Shown piece after piece: positions 1-9,858 of a DNA stretch of 64,000 bases. The position numbers were made by a program, and so were the translations under genes. The DNA lies in NCBI GenBank assembly GCA_964016885.1, contig OZ024744.1, positions 104,098,001-104,162,000 on the forward strand, read 5' to 3'. The notes beneath the pieces are model-generated. The model was not told the origin of the DNA, searched no databases, and was given only the letters and a program-made list of their open reading frames with translations. The stretch comes from Eledone cirrhosa (lineage: Eukaryota). Within the stretch, counting starts at the first letter, position 1. The number at the start of each line of letters is the position of its first letter.

Positions 1-126
1 GTGTGTGTATATATTATATATATGTGTATGTGTGATGTAATATTTATGTATGTAATCATATACATATGTAATATGTATGTATATACGCGTACATGTTAGT
101 ATCTATGCATATATATAGACGGTAGC

Positions 127-636
127 CACGGAATAGGCAGACCTAGAAAAACATGGGATGAGCTGATAAACTCCGACCTCACACACTTACACCTCTCCAA
201 GACAATGTCACTGGACCGTGACCTTTGGCGGTACTCAGTAACAGAGAAGACCCGCCTTGCCAGTAGGCATCTCTAACAAACTACACCCCGTCCCACCACC
301 ACCACCCCCACCCCATCCACACCACCCCGTTCTATGTAAAGTTATGTTGGTGCCGCGCCATCCAGGCCGAAACAAATGAGATCGTGTAGGTGTCACGACA
401 AAAAAACACACAGTCCACGCTGTAATGTGGCCGTGCAGGCAACACGGTAAAAACCTCCCAGCCCCACACTGTAAATGTGGTTGGTGTTAGGAAGGGCATC
501 CAACTGTAGAAAACCTGCCAGACAGTCCTATGCGAGCAAGACAACCACTCTTGCCTCAAGTGGGACTACCCCCGTCCAAACCCACGCAAGCGTGGAACAC
601 GGACGTTAAACGTTGATGATGATGATGATGATGATA
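127..636 (+). mobile_element. 5'-truncated RTE-clade LINE fragment (ORF C-terminus, 3'UTR, (GAT)n tail)
   Basis: Translates as [43 protein letters not shown], a typical RTE C-terminal GRPRKTW...DRxxWR motif. Ends GGACGTTAAACGTT(GAT)n. A near-identical copy lies at 21384-22028. Confidence 0.8.
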
Positions 637-893
637 TATAAGGAAAAAAAGATGAAATCGAAAATGCAACTGGAGTCTGATTTTAAAAAAAATATATATA
701 ACTATTTGGTTCCTTTACCGGTTTCGCAGTTCTTCTGCTTTTCAAAAGTAGAGTTGAGATGGAGGGTCTGTCTCAACTCTACTTTTGAAAAGCAGAAGAA
801 CTGCGAAAGCGGTAAAGGAACCAAATAAATATAGATATTTAAAAAAAATAAGACTCCAGTTGCATTTTTGATTTCATCTTTTTTTTCTTTATA
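637..893. repeat. Long hairpin/inverted repeat (~127-bp arms, 3-nt loop at 764-766); probable Penelope-like pseudo-LTR remnant
   Basis: The left arm GATGAAATCGAAAATGCAACTGGAGTCT...CAAAAGTAGAGTTGAGA is the reverse complement of the right arm TCTCAACTCTACTTTTG...AGACTCCAGTTGCATTTTTGATTTCATC, with few mismatches. Confidence 0.85.
713..748 (-). ncRNA. Putative minimal type I hammerhead ribozyme, U3-A8 core variant (mirror copy on + at 782-817)
   Basis: Minus strand reads CTT-TTGAAAA-GCAG-aagaa-CTGC-GAAA-CCGG-TA-AAG. The core is UUGAAAA instead of CUGANGA. Stem II is GCAG/CUGC, helix III is the palindrome ACCGGU, the site is GUA, and stem I is short (CUU/AAG). Confidence 0.5.
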
Positions 894-954
894 CTTTCAC
901 TTGTGTAGGACACCTTGGTTATTTTTCATTTTGTAAAAAAAACCTCACTTTCTA

Positions 955-1233
955 ATATATATATATATTTATATATATATATATATCACAATACCCATAC
1001 ATATTATATGCATATATATATATATATATATCACAATACCCATACATATTATATGCATATATATATATATATATATCACAATACCCATACATATTATATG
1101 CATATATATATATATATATATCACAATACCCATACATATTATATGCATATATATATATATATATATCACAATACCCATACATATTATATGCATATATATA
1201 TATATATATATCACAATACCCATATATATTATA

Positions 1234-1294
<61 letters not shown>

Positions 1295-1375
1295 ATATGT
1301 ATGCATATATATATATATTTATGTATATATGTATATATATATGTATACATATATATATATATATATATATATATG
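955..1375. repeat. 45-bp minisatellite (6 copies, CACAATACCCATACATATTATATGCA+(TA)n) embedded in (TA)n
   Basis: The unit recurs at 987, 1032, 1077, 1122, 1167 and 1212. Confidence 0.95.
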
Positions 1376-1548
1376 TAGGAGGTGAGTTTTATTGTAGTAC
1401 AATAAAGCAATGCAGATATCGGATAATAAGCACTCTACAATTTGTAGGACTGGAGTATACATAATATATAAGAACAAAAGATGGTTAATATATGTTGATT
1501 TAAAACTGAACTATCCACAAGTGTTTTTTAACCTTCATATCATGTCTT

Positions 1549-1625
1549 CATGTTTTATCTGATGAAAACACAAATATTATTGCATGATGATATTTGTTTT
1601 TGAAATGCGCATAATAAAATACATG
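1549..1625 (+). ncRNA. Putative type I hammerhead ribozyme (Penelope/retrozyme-like minimal form)
   Basis: CATGTTTTAT, then CTGATGA (1559-1565), then stem II AAACACAAATATTATT/gcat/GATGATATTTGTTTTT, then GAAA (1602-1605), TGCGCA, TA (1612-1613) and ATAAAATACATG. Helix III is the palindrome AUGCGCAU, stem I is UGUUUUAU/AUAAAAUA, and cleavage is predicted after A1613. Confidence 0.7.
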
Positions 1626-1650
1626 GAACACTTTTAACCATCTTTTGTTC

Positions 1651-1847
<197 letters not shown>

Positions 1848-2089
1848 GATATTAATAAATGGAAACTATATTTATAAAACCATATTTATACATATTTCAG
1901 GGATACCAAATTAAATTATGGTATGCCTTCATCAGACAAAATACAATATATAACAGTTTTACAAATAAGCTTTGATGTACCCTATTAAAATGCAACCATT
2001 GTTTTTGGAAGTCATCCGGATAGTATCCCTGAAATATGTATAATGAAATAAATATGGTTTTATAAATATAGTTTCCATTTATTAATATC
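1848..2089. repeat. Inverted repeat, 1848-1906 vs 2023-2089 (Penelope-like terminal structure)
   Basis: GATATTAATAAATGGAAACTATATTTATAAAACCATATTTA...CATATTTCAGGGATAC is reverse-complemented at 2023-2089, with one 8-nt indel. Confidence 0.8.
1880..1945 (-). ncRNA. Degenerate hammerhead ribozyme in an inverted pseudo-LTR
   Basis: Minus strand reads TATTTTGT-CTGATGA-AGGCATACCA-taatttaatt-TGGTATCCCT-GAAA-TATGTA-TA. The 3' strand of stem I (ATGAAATA) is missing here but present in the inverted copy at 2023-2089. Confidence 0.55.
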
Positions 2090-2183
2090 GTATCGTATAT
2101 CTACTCCAAATATTTGTCGAGTGCTTTATATCAGTTATAAAAATATTTACTTGTTGTATCCCAACAATTTTAAATACAACTTT

Positions 2184-2235
<52 letters not shown>

Positions 2236-2321
2236 TATAATATGTATGGGTATTGTGATATTCATTGCTATTAAAAACAATTCTAACAACATCAAGATAT
2301 TAAGCATCTCCTATATTTCAG

Positions 2322-2414
2322 GGCTATGCCAGATGATCAGTGTGTGATAATCTTTGGTGATATGGATGGCCAAATTAACATTTTATCAATAAAGTCAGTT
2401 GGGGAATGTTTAAG
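2322..2414 (+). CDS. WD40-repeat protein (WDR49/WDR95/WDY-like), internal exon A
   Basis: TTTCAG acceptor and GTTGTA donor. Encodes AMPDDQCVIIFGDMDGQINILSIKSVGECL-R; the phase-2 end matches exon B. Confidence 0.75.
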
Positions 2415-2494
2415 GTTGTAATAAAATATTCTTGATTTATTTCATTTTTTTAATTGATTTGATTGATTTTATTGGTTATTTGAAGTTTAAATAT

Positions 2495-2935
2495 CTGGTA
2501 CCACAATAAAACACACCCAGTACTTGCTGTAAGGTGTTAGGTGTTAGGTCTGGTGTCACAATAAAACACACCCAGTACTTGCTGTAAGGTGTTAGGTGTT
2601 AGGTCTGGTGTCACAATAAAACACACCCAGTACTTGCTATAAGGTGTTAGGTGTTAGGTCTGGTGTCACAATAAAACACACCCAGTACTTGCTGTAAGGT
2701 GGTTGGTGTTAGGAAGGTCATCCAGTGAAACAAAGTGTAGGTTTATGTCAAAGTCATGATAACATCCATAGTTGGAGTTCCATGATAAAATAAGTGGTGT
2801 ACTCTGTAGAATATAAGAACATATGTAAACAAGATGAGGTCTTGGCCCATCTGAGAGACCAGTGTCTCTGTGATGTCCTGCCCAACCCTTACTAGTAGGG
2901 AAATGGACATTAAATGATGATGATGATGATGATGA
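2495..2935 (+). repeat. 55-bp minisatellite (~3.7 copies, 2495-2700) inside an RTE-tail/SINE 3' fragment ending in (GAT)n
   Basis: CACAATAAAACACACCCAGTACTTGCTGTAAGGTG recurs at 2502, 2557, 2612 and 2667. The last copy continues GGTTGGTGTTAGGAAGGTCATCCAG...GGACATTAAA(TGA)n. Confidence 0.8.
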
Positions 2936-3075
2936 CCCAAAACATTATAGTTGACACCACATTCATGATCAAACAGTTTTAAAATAGATACCATTTTTAC
3001 TGAACCTATATATGTAATGCCACAATAAAATACATCCAGCTCACTTTTTAAAGCAGCAGTATTGGTGCCATGATA

Positions 3076-3271
3076 TGACGGTGGGCTGAAAATTTCATAG
3101 GTTGGCTATGAGGGAGTGATGCTAGAGCTGTGAAATCTTATATGCATTAATTTTAACTCTTATTAATAACTGCATTGTTTCTTTCAAGGGACTATGTTGA
3201 AAAAATAAACCTCATTTGGTCATTCCATGAGAGTATCTTGGTCAGCCTATGAACTTTTCAGTCAACTCTCC
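3076..3271. mobile_element. Tc1/mariner-type MITE
   Basis: Imperfect TIRs GGGCTGAAAATTTCATAGGTTGGC / GTCAGCCTATGAACTTTTCAGTC, flanked by TA on both sides. It interrupts an RTE-tail repeat (GGTGCCATGA|AAATACACCCAG). Confidence 0.65.
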
Positions 3272-3734
3272 TAAAATACACCCAGTAGAGGCTGTAAAGT
3301 TGTTGGTATTAGGGAGGCCATCCAGCCATAGAAACCATGTCAGAAATGGAACATTGTCAAGACGTCATCTGACCTGTCTAATAGCAGAACATAATAACAG
3401 AACATAATAACTTGTCCAACTCATGACAGCATGGAGCCCTGACATAAAATATTATGATGATGCTGATGGTATCTTTAGTGTAAGCTGGAACATGAAATAT
3501 TTCTACTCTTTCTGATGATTGTTATATCTAAACCACAATGCCTCTCCATCAGTTTTCATGATGAGTGTTCCAGTTGGAACAGCCTAGTCATGAAATCAAT
3601 GTGTAAGTGACTGAGCATTCCACAGTATTGTGAACCCTTAATGTAATTCTCAAACAGGAATGCCTTTCATCATATGATCATAGGTCTACTATCAAAGCTG
3701 ACTTGGGGTTAAGCAGCAATAACAATCACTAGTC

Positions 3735-3880
3735 CAGGCATGGGCAAACCTTTTAGAGCAGTGGGTCATATAGGATGTGGTTCTTTTTAAGGTGGGCCTT
3801 GCTACTAAAATATTCAAGGCAATTTTGAAATTAGGCATGCCATTCAGAAAGCCAAATGGGCCACAGTTTGCTTAAGACTG
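3735..3880. mobile_element. hAT-type MITE
   Basis: Ends CAGGCATGGGCAAAC / GTTTGCTTAAGACTG with an 8-bp TSD, CACTAGTC / AACTAGTC. Confidence 0.6.
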
Positions 3881-4002
3881 AACTAGTCTTTATAAGACAA
3901 ATATTTAATGTTATTTCCATGGATGTATATTGGCAAAGTCATTTATTTATAAAATGTTACACAACACATGTTATGCTTATACATCATGTCTTAACCCTTT
4001 AG

Positions 4003-4292
4003 CATTTACATTACTCTATATTTACTATTATATTTTCACATTTACATTACTCTATATTTACTATTATATTTTCACATTTACATTACTCTATATTTACTAT
4101 TATATTTTCACATTTACATTACTCTATATTTACTATTATATTTTCACATTTACATTACTCTATATTTACTATTATATTTTCACATTTACATTACTCTATA
4201 TTTACTATTATATTTTCACATTTACATTACTCTATATTTACTATTATATTTTCACATTTACATTACTCTATATTTACTATTATATTTTCACA
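4003..4292. repeat. 36-bp minisatellite, 8 copies (CATTTACATTACTCTATATTTACTATTATATTTTCA)
   Basis: Perfect tandem copies. The unit occurs once in unexpanded MITE copies (e.g. 9097-9132). Confidence 0.95.
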
Positions 4293-4306
4293 GTTATATT
4301 TTCATA

Positions 4307-4492
4307 GGGTGGTGAATTGGCAGTATCGGTAGAGGGTTGGACGCCATGCTTTCTAGCATAGTTACCTCCCTTTACAGTCTGAGTTCAAATCCCGCCAAGG
4401 TTAACTTTGCCTTTCATGCTTACGGGGTCGATAAAATAAAGTACCAGTAATGTACTGGGTAATTGCTGGCCTTGTGCCTAAAGTAGAAACAA
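4307..4492 (+). mobile_element. tRNA-derived SINE
   Basis: A-box TGGCAGTATCGG, B-box GAGTTCAAATCC, body TTTGCCTTTCAT...GTCGATAAAATAAAGTACCAG. TSD TTATATTTTCA at 4294-4304 and 4493-4503. Confidence 0.85.
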
Positions 4493-4764
4493 TTATATTT
4501 TCACAGTAAAGGCTTTATCTTACATAATTACCTCACATGATATCTAATTTATGAGATTTTGATGTTATTTATTTTGAGAACAATATCTTAACATGAGTAT
4601 AAGCGGCCAGTTAGAGCCGATTTGAACTGAAAGAGTCAAGAGAATTCTAGCCGGATATGGCTGGTTTGAATGCTAAAGGGTTAAGCAGTACATACACTAT
4701 ATACTTACCTTATTGATATACATCCTAATATATTTTTACCTGATATTTACTGATTTCTCTACAG

Positions 4765-4885
4765 GTTATGGAAGAAAAAGCCTAAACACGAGAACTTTAT
4801 TGCAAGTGTGTCTCTGCGGAGTATTATATCGAACCCTAATATAAGATTTGTTTGTTGGTCTGTACATGAGGATTGGGTACAGCAG
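4765..4885 (+). CDS. WD40-repeat protein, exon B
   Basis: TTTCTCTACAG acceptor and CAG|GTAAGA donor. Encodes LWKKKPKHENFIASVSLRSIISNPNIRFVCWSVHEDWVQQ. Confidence 0.85.
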
Positions 4886-5094
4886 GTAAGACAGTACCTA
4901 TACATCATAATTAGTGGAGCAGCACGTAAAATAATAATTGTCATCACAACTGCCAGAAACAGTTCTGAACGAGAGAGACACGGTCACCCAACCAGTCTTG
5001 CCTCAAATGTGACAAAACTTTAATAACTACATTATGCTAGCATGGAAGATGGACATTAAACGATAATGATGATGATGAACTGAAGTTTTAACTC

Positions 5095-5308
5095 TTAACC
5101 CTTTAGCATTTAAACCGGCTGTGTCCGGCCAAAAATCTCTCCTCTTTCTCTTCAAACCGGCTGTAACTGGCCACTCATACCGACATTAAGGTATTGTTCT
5201 CAAAGTAAATAATATCAAAATCTCAAAGGTTTGATATTATGTGAGGTAAAACGTTTACTGTGAAAATACAATAGTATATATAGAGTAATATGAATGGTAA
5301 AGGGTTAA
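5095..5308. mobile_element. piggyBac-like MITE, opposite orientation to 3991-4684
   Basis: Ends TTAACCCTTTAGCATTT...AATGGTAAAGGGTTAA. The body is the reverse complement of the 3991-4684 copy. Confidence 0.75.
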
Positions 5309-5552
5309 GCGTCCTGTACTACCTGAAGCCACATTAACAAGACATTGTTCTAAACTACAAACGACTGCATCACATTTAAAACTAAAGTCTTTACTCTTAA
5401 TACTGCAAATTTTCCCAACAATCTTTCCACAAGTAAAGATACTATAAATATTTGAATTAAAAAGTTTCTAGATATTTTTTACTAAATCATCTTTAGATTA
5501 TTGACATCCTTAACAACTTAGTCACTGGTATATACACAATTAGTTCTGTAAT

Positions 5553-5862
5553 TTAACCCTTAACATCCTGTACCACATGAAACCACATTAACAAGACATT
5601 GTTGAAAAGTACAAAACAGTACTATGACTGTATCACATTAAATATTAACATCCTGTACCACATGAAACCACATTAACAAGACATTCTTGAAAAGTACAAA
5701 ACAGTACTTTGACTGTATCACATTACATATTAAAGTATTTACGCTAATACTGTAAAATGTTCACAGCAATCTGTCCACCAGTAAAGATACTATAAACATT
5801 TCAATTAACAAACCTGTTTTTAGATATTTTCTGTTAAATCATTATGGGATGCTAAGAGTTAA
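5553..5862. mobile_element. Second TTAA-flanked MITE family
   Basis: Ends TTAACCCTTAACATCC ... GGATGCTAAGAGTTAA. Related copies lie at about 5305-5500 and 6990-7722. Confidence 0.6.
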
Positions 5863-6033
5863 TATTGACACCTGTAAATAGTAATCTGGGTGTTCAGGTG
5901 AGACAATGACATACCCCTTTCACTTCATGAAGGTGGTATTATCTTAGTAACAGTTCTACAAATATGGTAAGCCAGTTTAATATTTTAATAACTTAGGTAG
6001 AGTTATATTAATAAGGTAGAGCTATATTAACAA

Positions 6034-6379
6034 TCATCATCATCATCATTTCATTTTACGTCCGCTTTTTCCCTGCTTGCAAGGGTGGGACGGGAACTGA
6101 TTCTGGTTTGATTTCTATAGCTGGATGCCCTTCCTAACACCAACCTCATTTACAGTGAGTGTTGGGTGCTTTTTTTCCATGGCGCCTACACGACCACTTT
6201 GCAGTGGAATGATAGGGACGCCAGTCCCTATCATCTCATTTCTACAGCTGAGTAAACTGGAGCAATGTGAAATAAAGTGTCTTGCTCAAGGAAACAACAC
6301 ATCACCCGGTCTGAGAATTGAACTCACAACCTTTCGATTGCAAAGCCAATGCTCTAACCACTAAGCCATGTACCTCCAT
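6034..6379 (-). mobile_element. tRNA-derived SINE with CORE-like central domain and RTE-type (GAT)n tail
   Basis: Minus strand has A-box TGGCTTAGTGG, B-box GAGTTCAATTC, TGTTTCCTTGAGCAAGACACTTTATTTCAC, then GGTGTTAGGAAGGGCATCCAGC...GGACGTAAAATGAAA(TGA)n. Confidence 0.75.
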
Positions 6380-6527
6380 AACAATGTAGATTTATATTAA
6401 TGAGGCAGTTATATTAATGAAGTAGAGCTTTAATTTTGGGGAAAGGAAACTAGACTTTTTAAATCTTAACCACTTATATAAAGCAATTGTTATACATTTC
6501 ATAATCTGTTTTTTATTTATTTTTCAG

Positions 6528-6597
6528 GTTAAATACTGTCCCCCAATTAAACAAGTTATATCATGTTCTAATGATCCTAATTCAGCTTTAGTTATAG
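6528..6597 (+). CDS. WD40-repeat protein, exon C
   Basis: TTTTTCAG acceptor and AG|GTATGA donor. Encodes VKYCPPIKQVISCSNDPNSALVI-G; phase 0 to 1. Confidence 0.85.
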
Positions 6598-7140
6598 GTA
6601 TGAACCATTTCCCTTTACTTAACTGATTTGCTTTCATAAATGATATACTTGTATGTAATTTTGTCAGGTTTCGGCCAGTATTGGCCCAGGCCATGTTTTG
6701 GACACATTAATCCATTCCAGTAAAGAGTTATTATTGCTGAAGATATATCCGGGTGTAGGGGGTTTATCTAGAATTTCTTGGAATAATTTGTACAGGGACA
6801 TTTTTAATTTTATGTTGCAATTGTACTCTGAATTGTGGGCAGAATGTCCCAAACTAAAGTATCTTTTAGTTATAAACAACAATAACAAAAATATGTAGTT
6901 ATTAAAGTTTGGCAGACACAATATCCTGTGCCAATACTGACAAAATTACATACAAGTATAACATTTATGAAAGCAAGAACAAATAACTACTAATCCTGTA
7001 CCACATGAAACCACATTAACAGACTTATTTGAAAAGTACAAAACAGTACTATGACTACATCACATTAAACATCGAAGTCTTTACTCTAATACTGCAAACG
7101 TTCACAACAATCTGTCCATTAGCAAGGATATTATTATTAA

Positions 7141-7590
7141 CAGTACTATGACTGTATCACATTAACTGTTAACATCCTGTACCACATGAAACCACATTAA
7201 CAAGACATTCTTGAAAAGTACAAAACAGTACAATGACTATATCACATTAACTCTTAACATCCTGTACCATATGAAACCACATTAACAAGACATTCTTGAA
7301 AAGTACAAAACAGTACAATGACTATATCACATTAACTCTTAACATCCTGTACCATATGAAACCACATTAACAAGACATTCTTGAAAAGTACAAAACAGTA
7401 CTATGACTGTATCACATTAACTCTTAACATCCTGTACCATATGAAACCACATTAACAAGACATTGTTGAAAAGTACAAAACAGTACTATGACTGTATCAC
7501 ATTAACTGTTAACATCCTGTACCACATGAAACCACATTAACAAGACATTGTTGAAAAGTACAAAACAACACTATGACTGTATCACATTAA
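7141..7590. repeat. 85-bp minisatellite (~5 copies) derived from the left end of MITE family 2
   Basis: TTAACATCCTGTACCA recurs at 7169, 7254, 7339, 7424 and 7509. Confidence 0.9.
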
Positions 7591-8575
7591 ATATTAAAAT
7601 CTTTACTCTAATACTGTAAATTTTCAAATGATCCACCCACCAGTAAAGATACTATAAACATTTGGATTAGCAAACCTGTTTTTACCTATTTTCTGCCAAA
7701 TCATTCCAGGATGTTAAGAGATGAAATATACTAATGTCCTCAAATCTGGCAGAGAACATTTGCTAACAGAAATATTCTAGACTGTTTCCAAAAATAGGTT
7801 GTCCTTGCCCTCCCTCCCGTCTAAAATATTCTTTTGTTTATTTGTTTTCTTTCTAATCTTCTAGGTGTGTTTTTCGACACAGTTTTGTTAATTCACTTCA
7901 TATCAAAGTTTTTTTTTATTTGTTTAAATCTTAACAAACATGTCATAACTCCACGCTAGCTGCTACATCTTCACAAAATGCTCCCTCTATCTAAGATCAC
8001 CTCATCTTATCCTTCCCTCTCATCATCTTGTCACATTCCACAACAATTGCCATACACGCCTGACACCCCTCCACCTATTGTCAATTATCCATGTCACGCT
8101 TAGCATCCTTCCTACCTCCCCTAGCCAATTCACCCTAATCCATTCTTTCCCCTCCTCCATAGAGAAGCAAGGGCCCTTCAGTGCTGGTGCCATGTTTAAA
8201 TGCACCCAGTACACCCTGTAAGGAATTGATGTTAGGAAGGGTTTCTAGCCATAGAATCCATGTCAAAAAGGGTTGAGAGGATCTTTAGATCACAATACAA
8301 CAACCTCCCTAGTGTTGGTGCTGCGGAAATGCTCCCAGTACACTCTGTAAGATGGCTAGTAAAAGGAAAGGCATCCAGCTGTAGAAAACAAAGACATGGC
8401 AACCTCCTTAGTGCTGGTGCCATGATAAAATACAGCAATTGTACTTTGTAATGCATGGGAATATATGTAAGCATGATGCAGACCCCAGCAGCATTTTAAA
8501 GGTTTGCATCTCCACATAATCTGTAACAACCTGACCAATACTTGCTATCAGGGAAAACAGGGAAAAATTGTCATC

Positions 8576-8622
<47 letters not shown>

Positions 8623-8859
8623 TGTCATCATCATCGTCATGATCATCATCATCATCACCATCATCACTACTTTTACATTCACTTTTCCATGCAGGTGTGA
8701 GTTGGATGGGATGTTTTGAGACAATGTTTGTACAACTAGATGCCCCTCTTGACACCAACCCTTTCAGTTGTTTCTTACAGCTATACATTCTTGTACACAT
8801 AGTCTGTCATTTGTTCACAGACTAAACCATTTTTGTTTCCATTTGCTACTCATACACCA

Positions 8860-9300
8860 TTAACCCTTTAACATTAAAACCAGCTGTATATGGCCAGAAT
8901 TCTCTCCCCTCTTTCTGTTCAAACCGGCCATAACTGGCTGCTCATACTTATAGTAAGGTATTGTTCTCAAAATAAATAATATTAAAATCTCGTAGCTTCA
9001 ACATTTTGTAAGGTAAAGCCTTTATCATGAAAATATGATAGTATATATATTGTAAATGCTGAAGGGTTAAATGAATTTTCATTTTTAACCCTTTAGCATT
9101 TATATTACTCTCTATATACTATTGTATTTTTGTGGTAAAGACTTTACCTGACAGAATTATCTCACATAATATCAAATCTATAAGATTTTGATGTTATTTA
9201 TTTTGAGAACAATACCTTAACATTGGTTTGAGCAGCCTGTTACCAGTTTGAACAGAAAGAGGGGAGAGAATTCTGGCCGGTTTAAATGCTAAAGGGTTAA
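8860..9300. mobile_element. Two adjacent piggyBac-like MITEs in inverted orientation (8860-9070, 9085-9300)
   Basis: Both have TTAACCCTTTA...AAGGGTTAA ends. The bodies are mutually reverse-complementary with a 14-nt spacer. Confidence 0.75.
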
Positions 9301-9329
9301 AGCATGAATCTCTTGATTTTACTTTATAG

Positions 9330-9844
9330 ACATTGTCATTTCATTGTTATTTCATTGTTATTTCATTGTTATTTCATTGCTAGTTCATTGCTATTTCATT
9401 GCTATTTCATTGCTATTTCATTGTTATTTCATTGTTATTTCATTGCTAGTTCATTGCTATTTCATTGCTATTTCATTGTTATTTCATTGCTAGTTCATTG
9501 CTATTTCATTGCTAGTTCATTGCTATTTCATTGTTATTTCATTGTTATTTCATTGCTATTTCATTGTTTTTTCATTGCTAGTTCATTGCTATTTCATTGC
9601 TATTTCATTGTTATTTCATTGTTTTTTCATTGCTATTTCATTGTTATTTCATTGTTTTTCATTGTTATTTCATTGCTATTTCATTGCTATTTCATTGCTA
9701 TTTCATTGTTATTTCATTGCTATTTCATTGCTATTTCATTGCTATTTCATTGTTATTTCATTGTTTTTTCATTGCTATTTCATTGCTAGTTCATTGCTAG
9801 TTCATTGCTATTTCATTGTTATTTCATTGCTATTTCATTGCTAT
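9330..9844. repeat. 11-bp minisatellite (TTTCATTGCTA / TTTCATTGTTA)
   Basis: About 46 tandem copies ending about 14 nt before exon D. Confidence 0.95.
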
Positions 9845-9858
9845 CTTCACCCCCTCAG

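Larger units (their letters stand above)
3991..4684. mobile_element. piggyBac-like MITE (TTAA-CCC ends) carrying a 36-bp minisatellite and a nested SINE
   Basis: Ends TTAACCCTTTAGCATT ... AATGCTAAAGGGTTAA. Related ~210-bp copies lie at 5095-5308, 8860-9070, 9085-9300, 12653-12868 and 12962-13179. Confidence 0.75.

Noticed and set aside
2530-2712. Telomere-like TTAGG motifs
   Set aside because: Only GTTAGGT pairs inside a 55-bp TE-derived unit, not a (TTAGGG)n tract.
4307-4400. tRNA gene (also at 6300-6379, 53241 and 53800)
   Set aside because: A and B boxes are present but no convincing cloverleaf forms. Each continues into a shared SINE body and tail.
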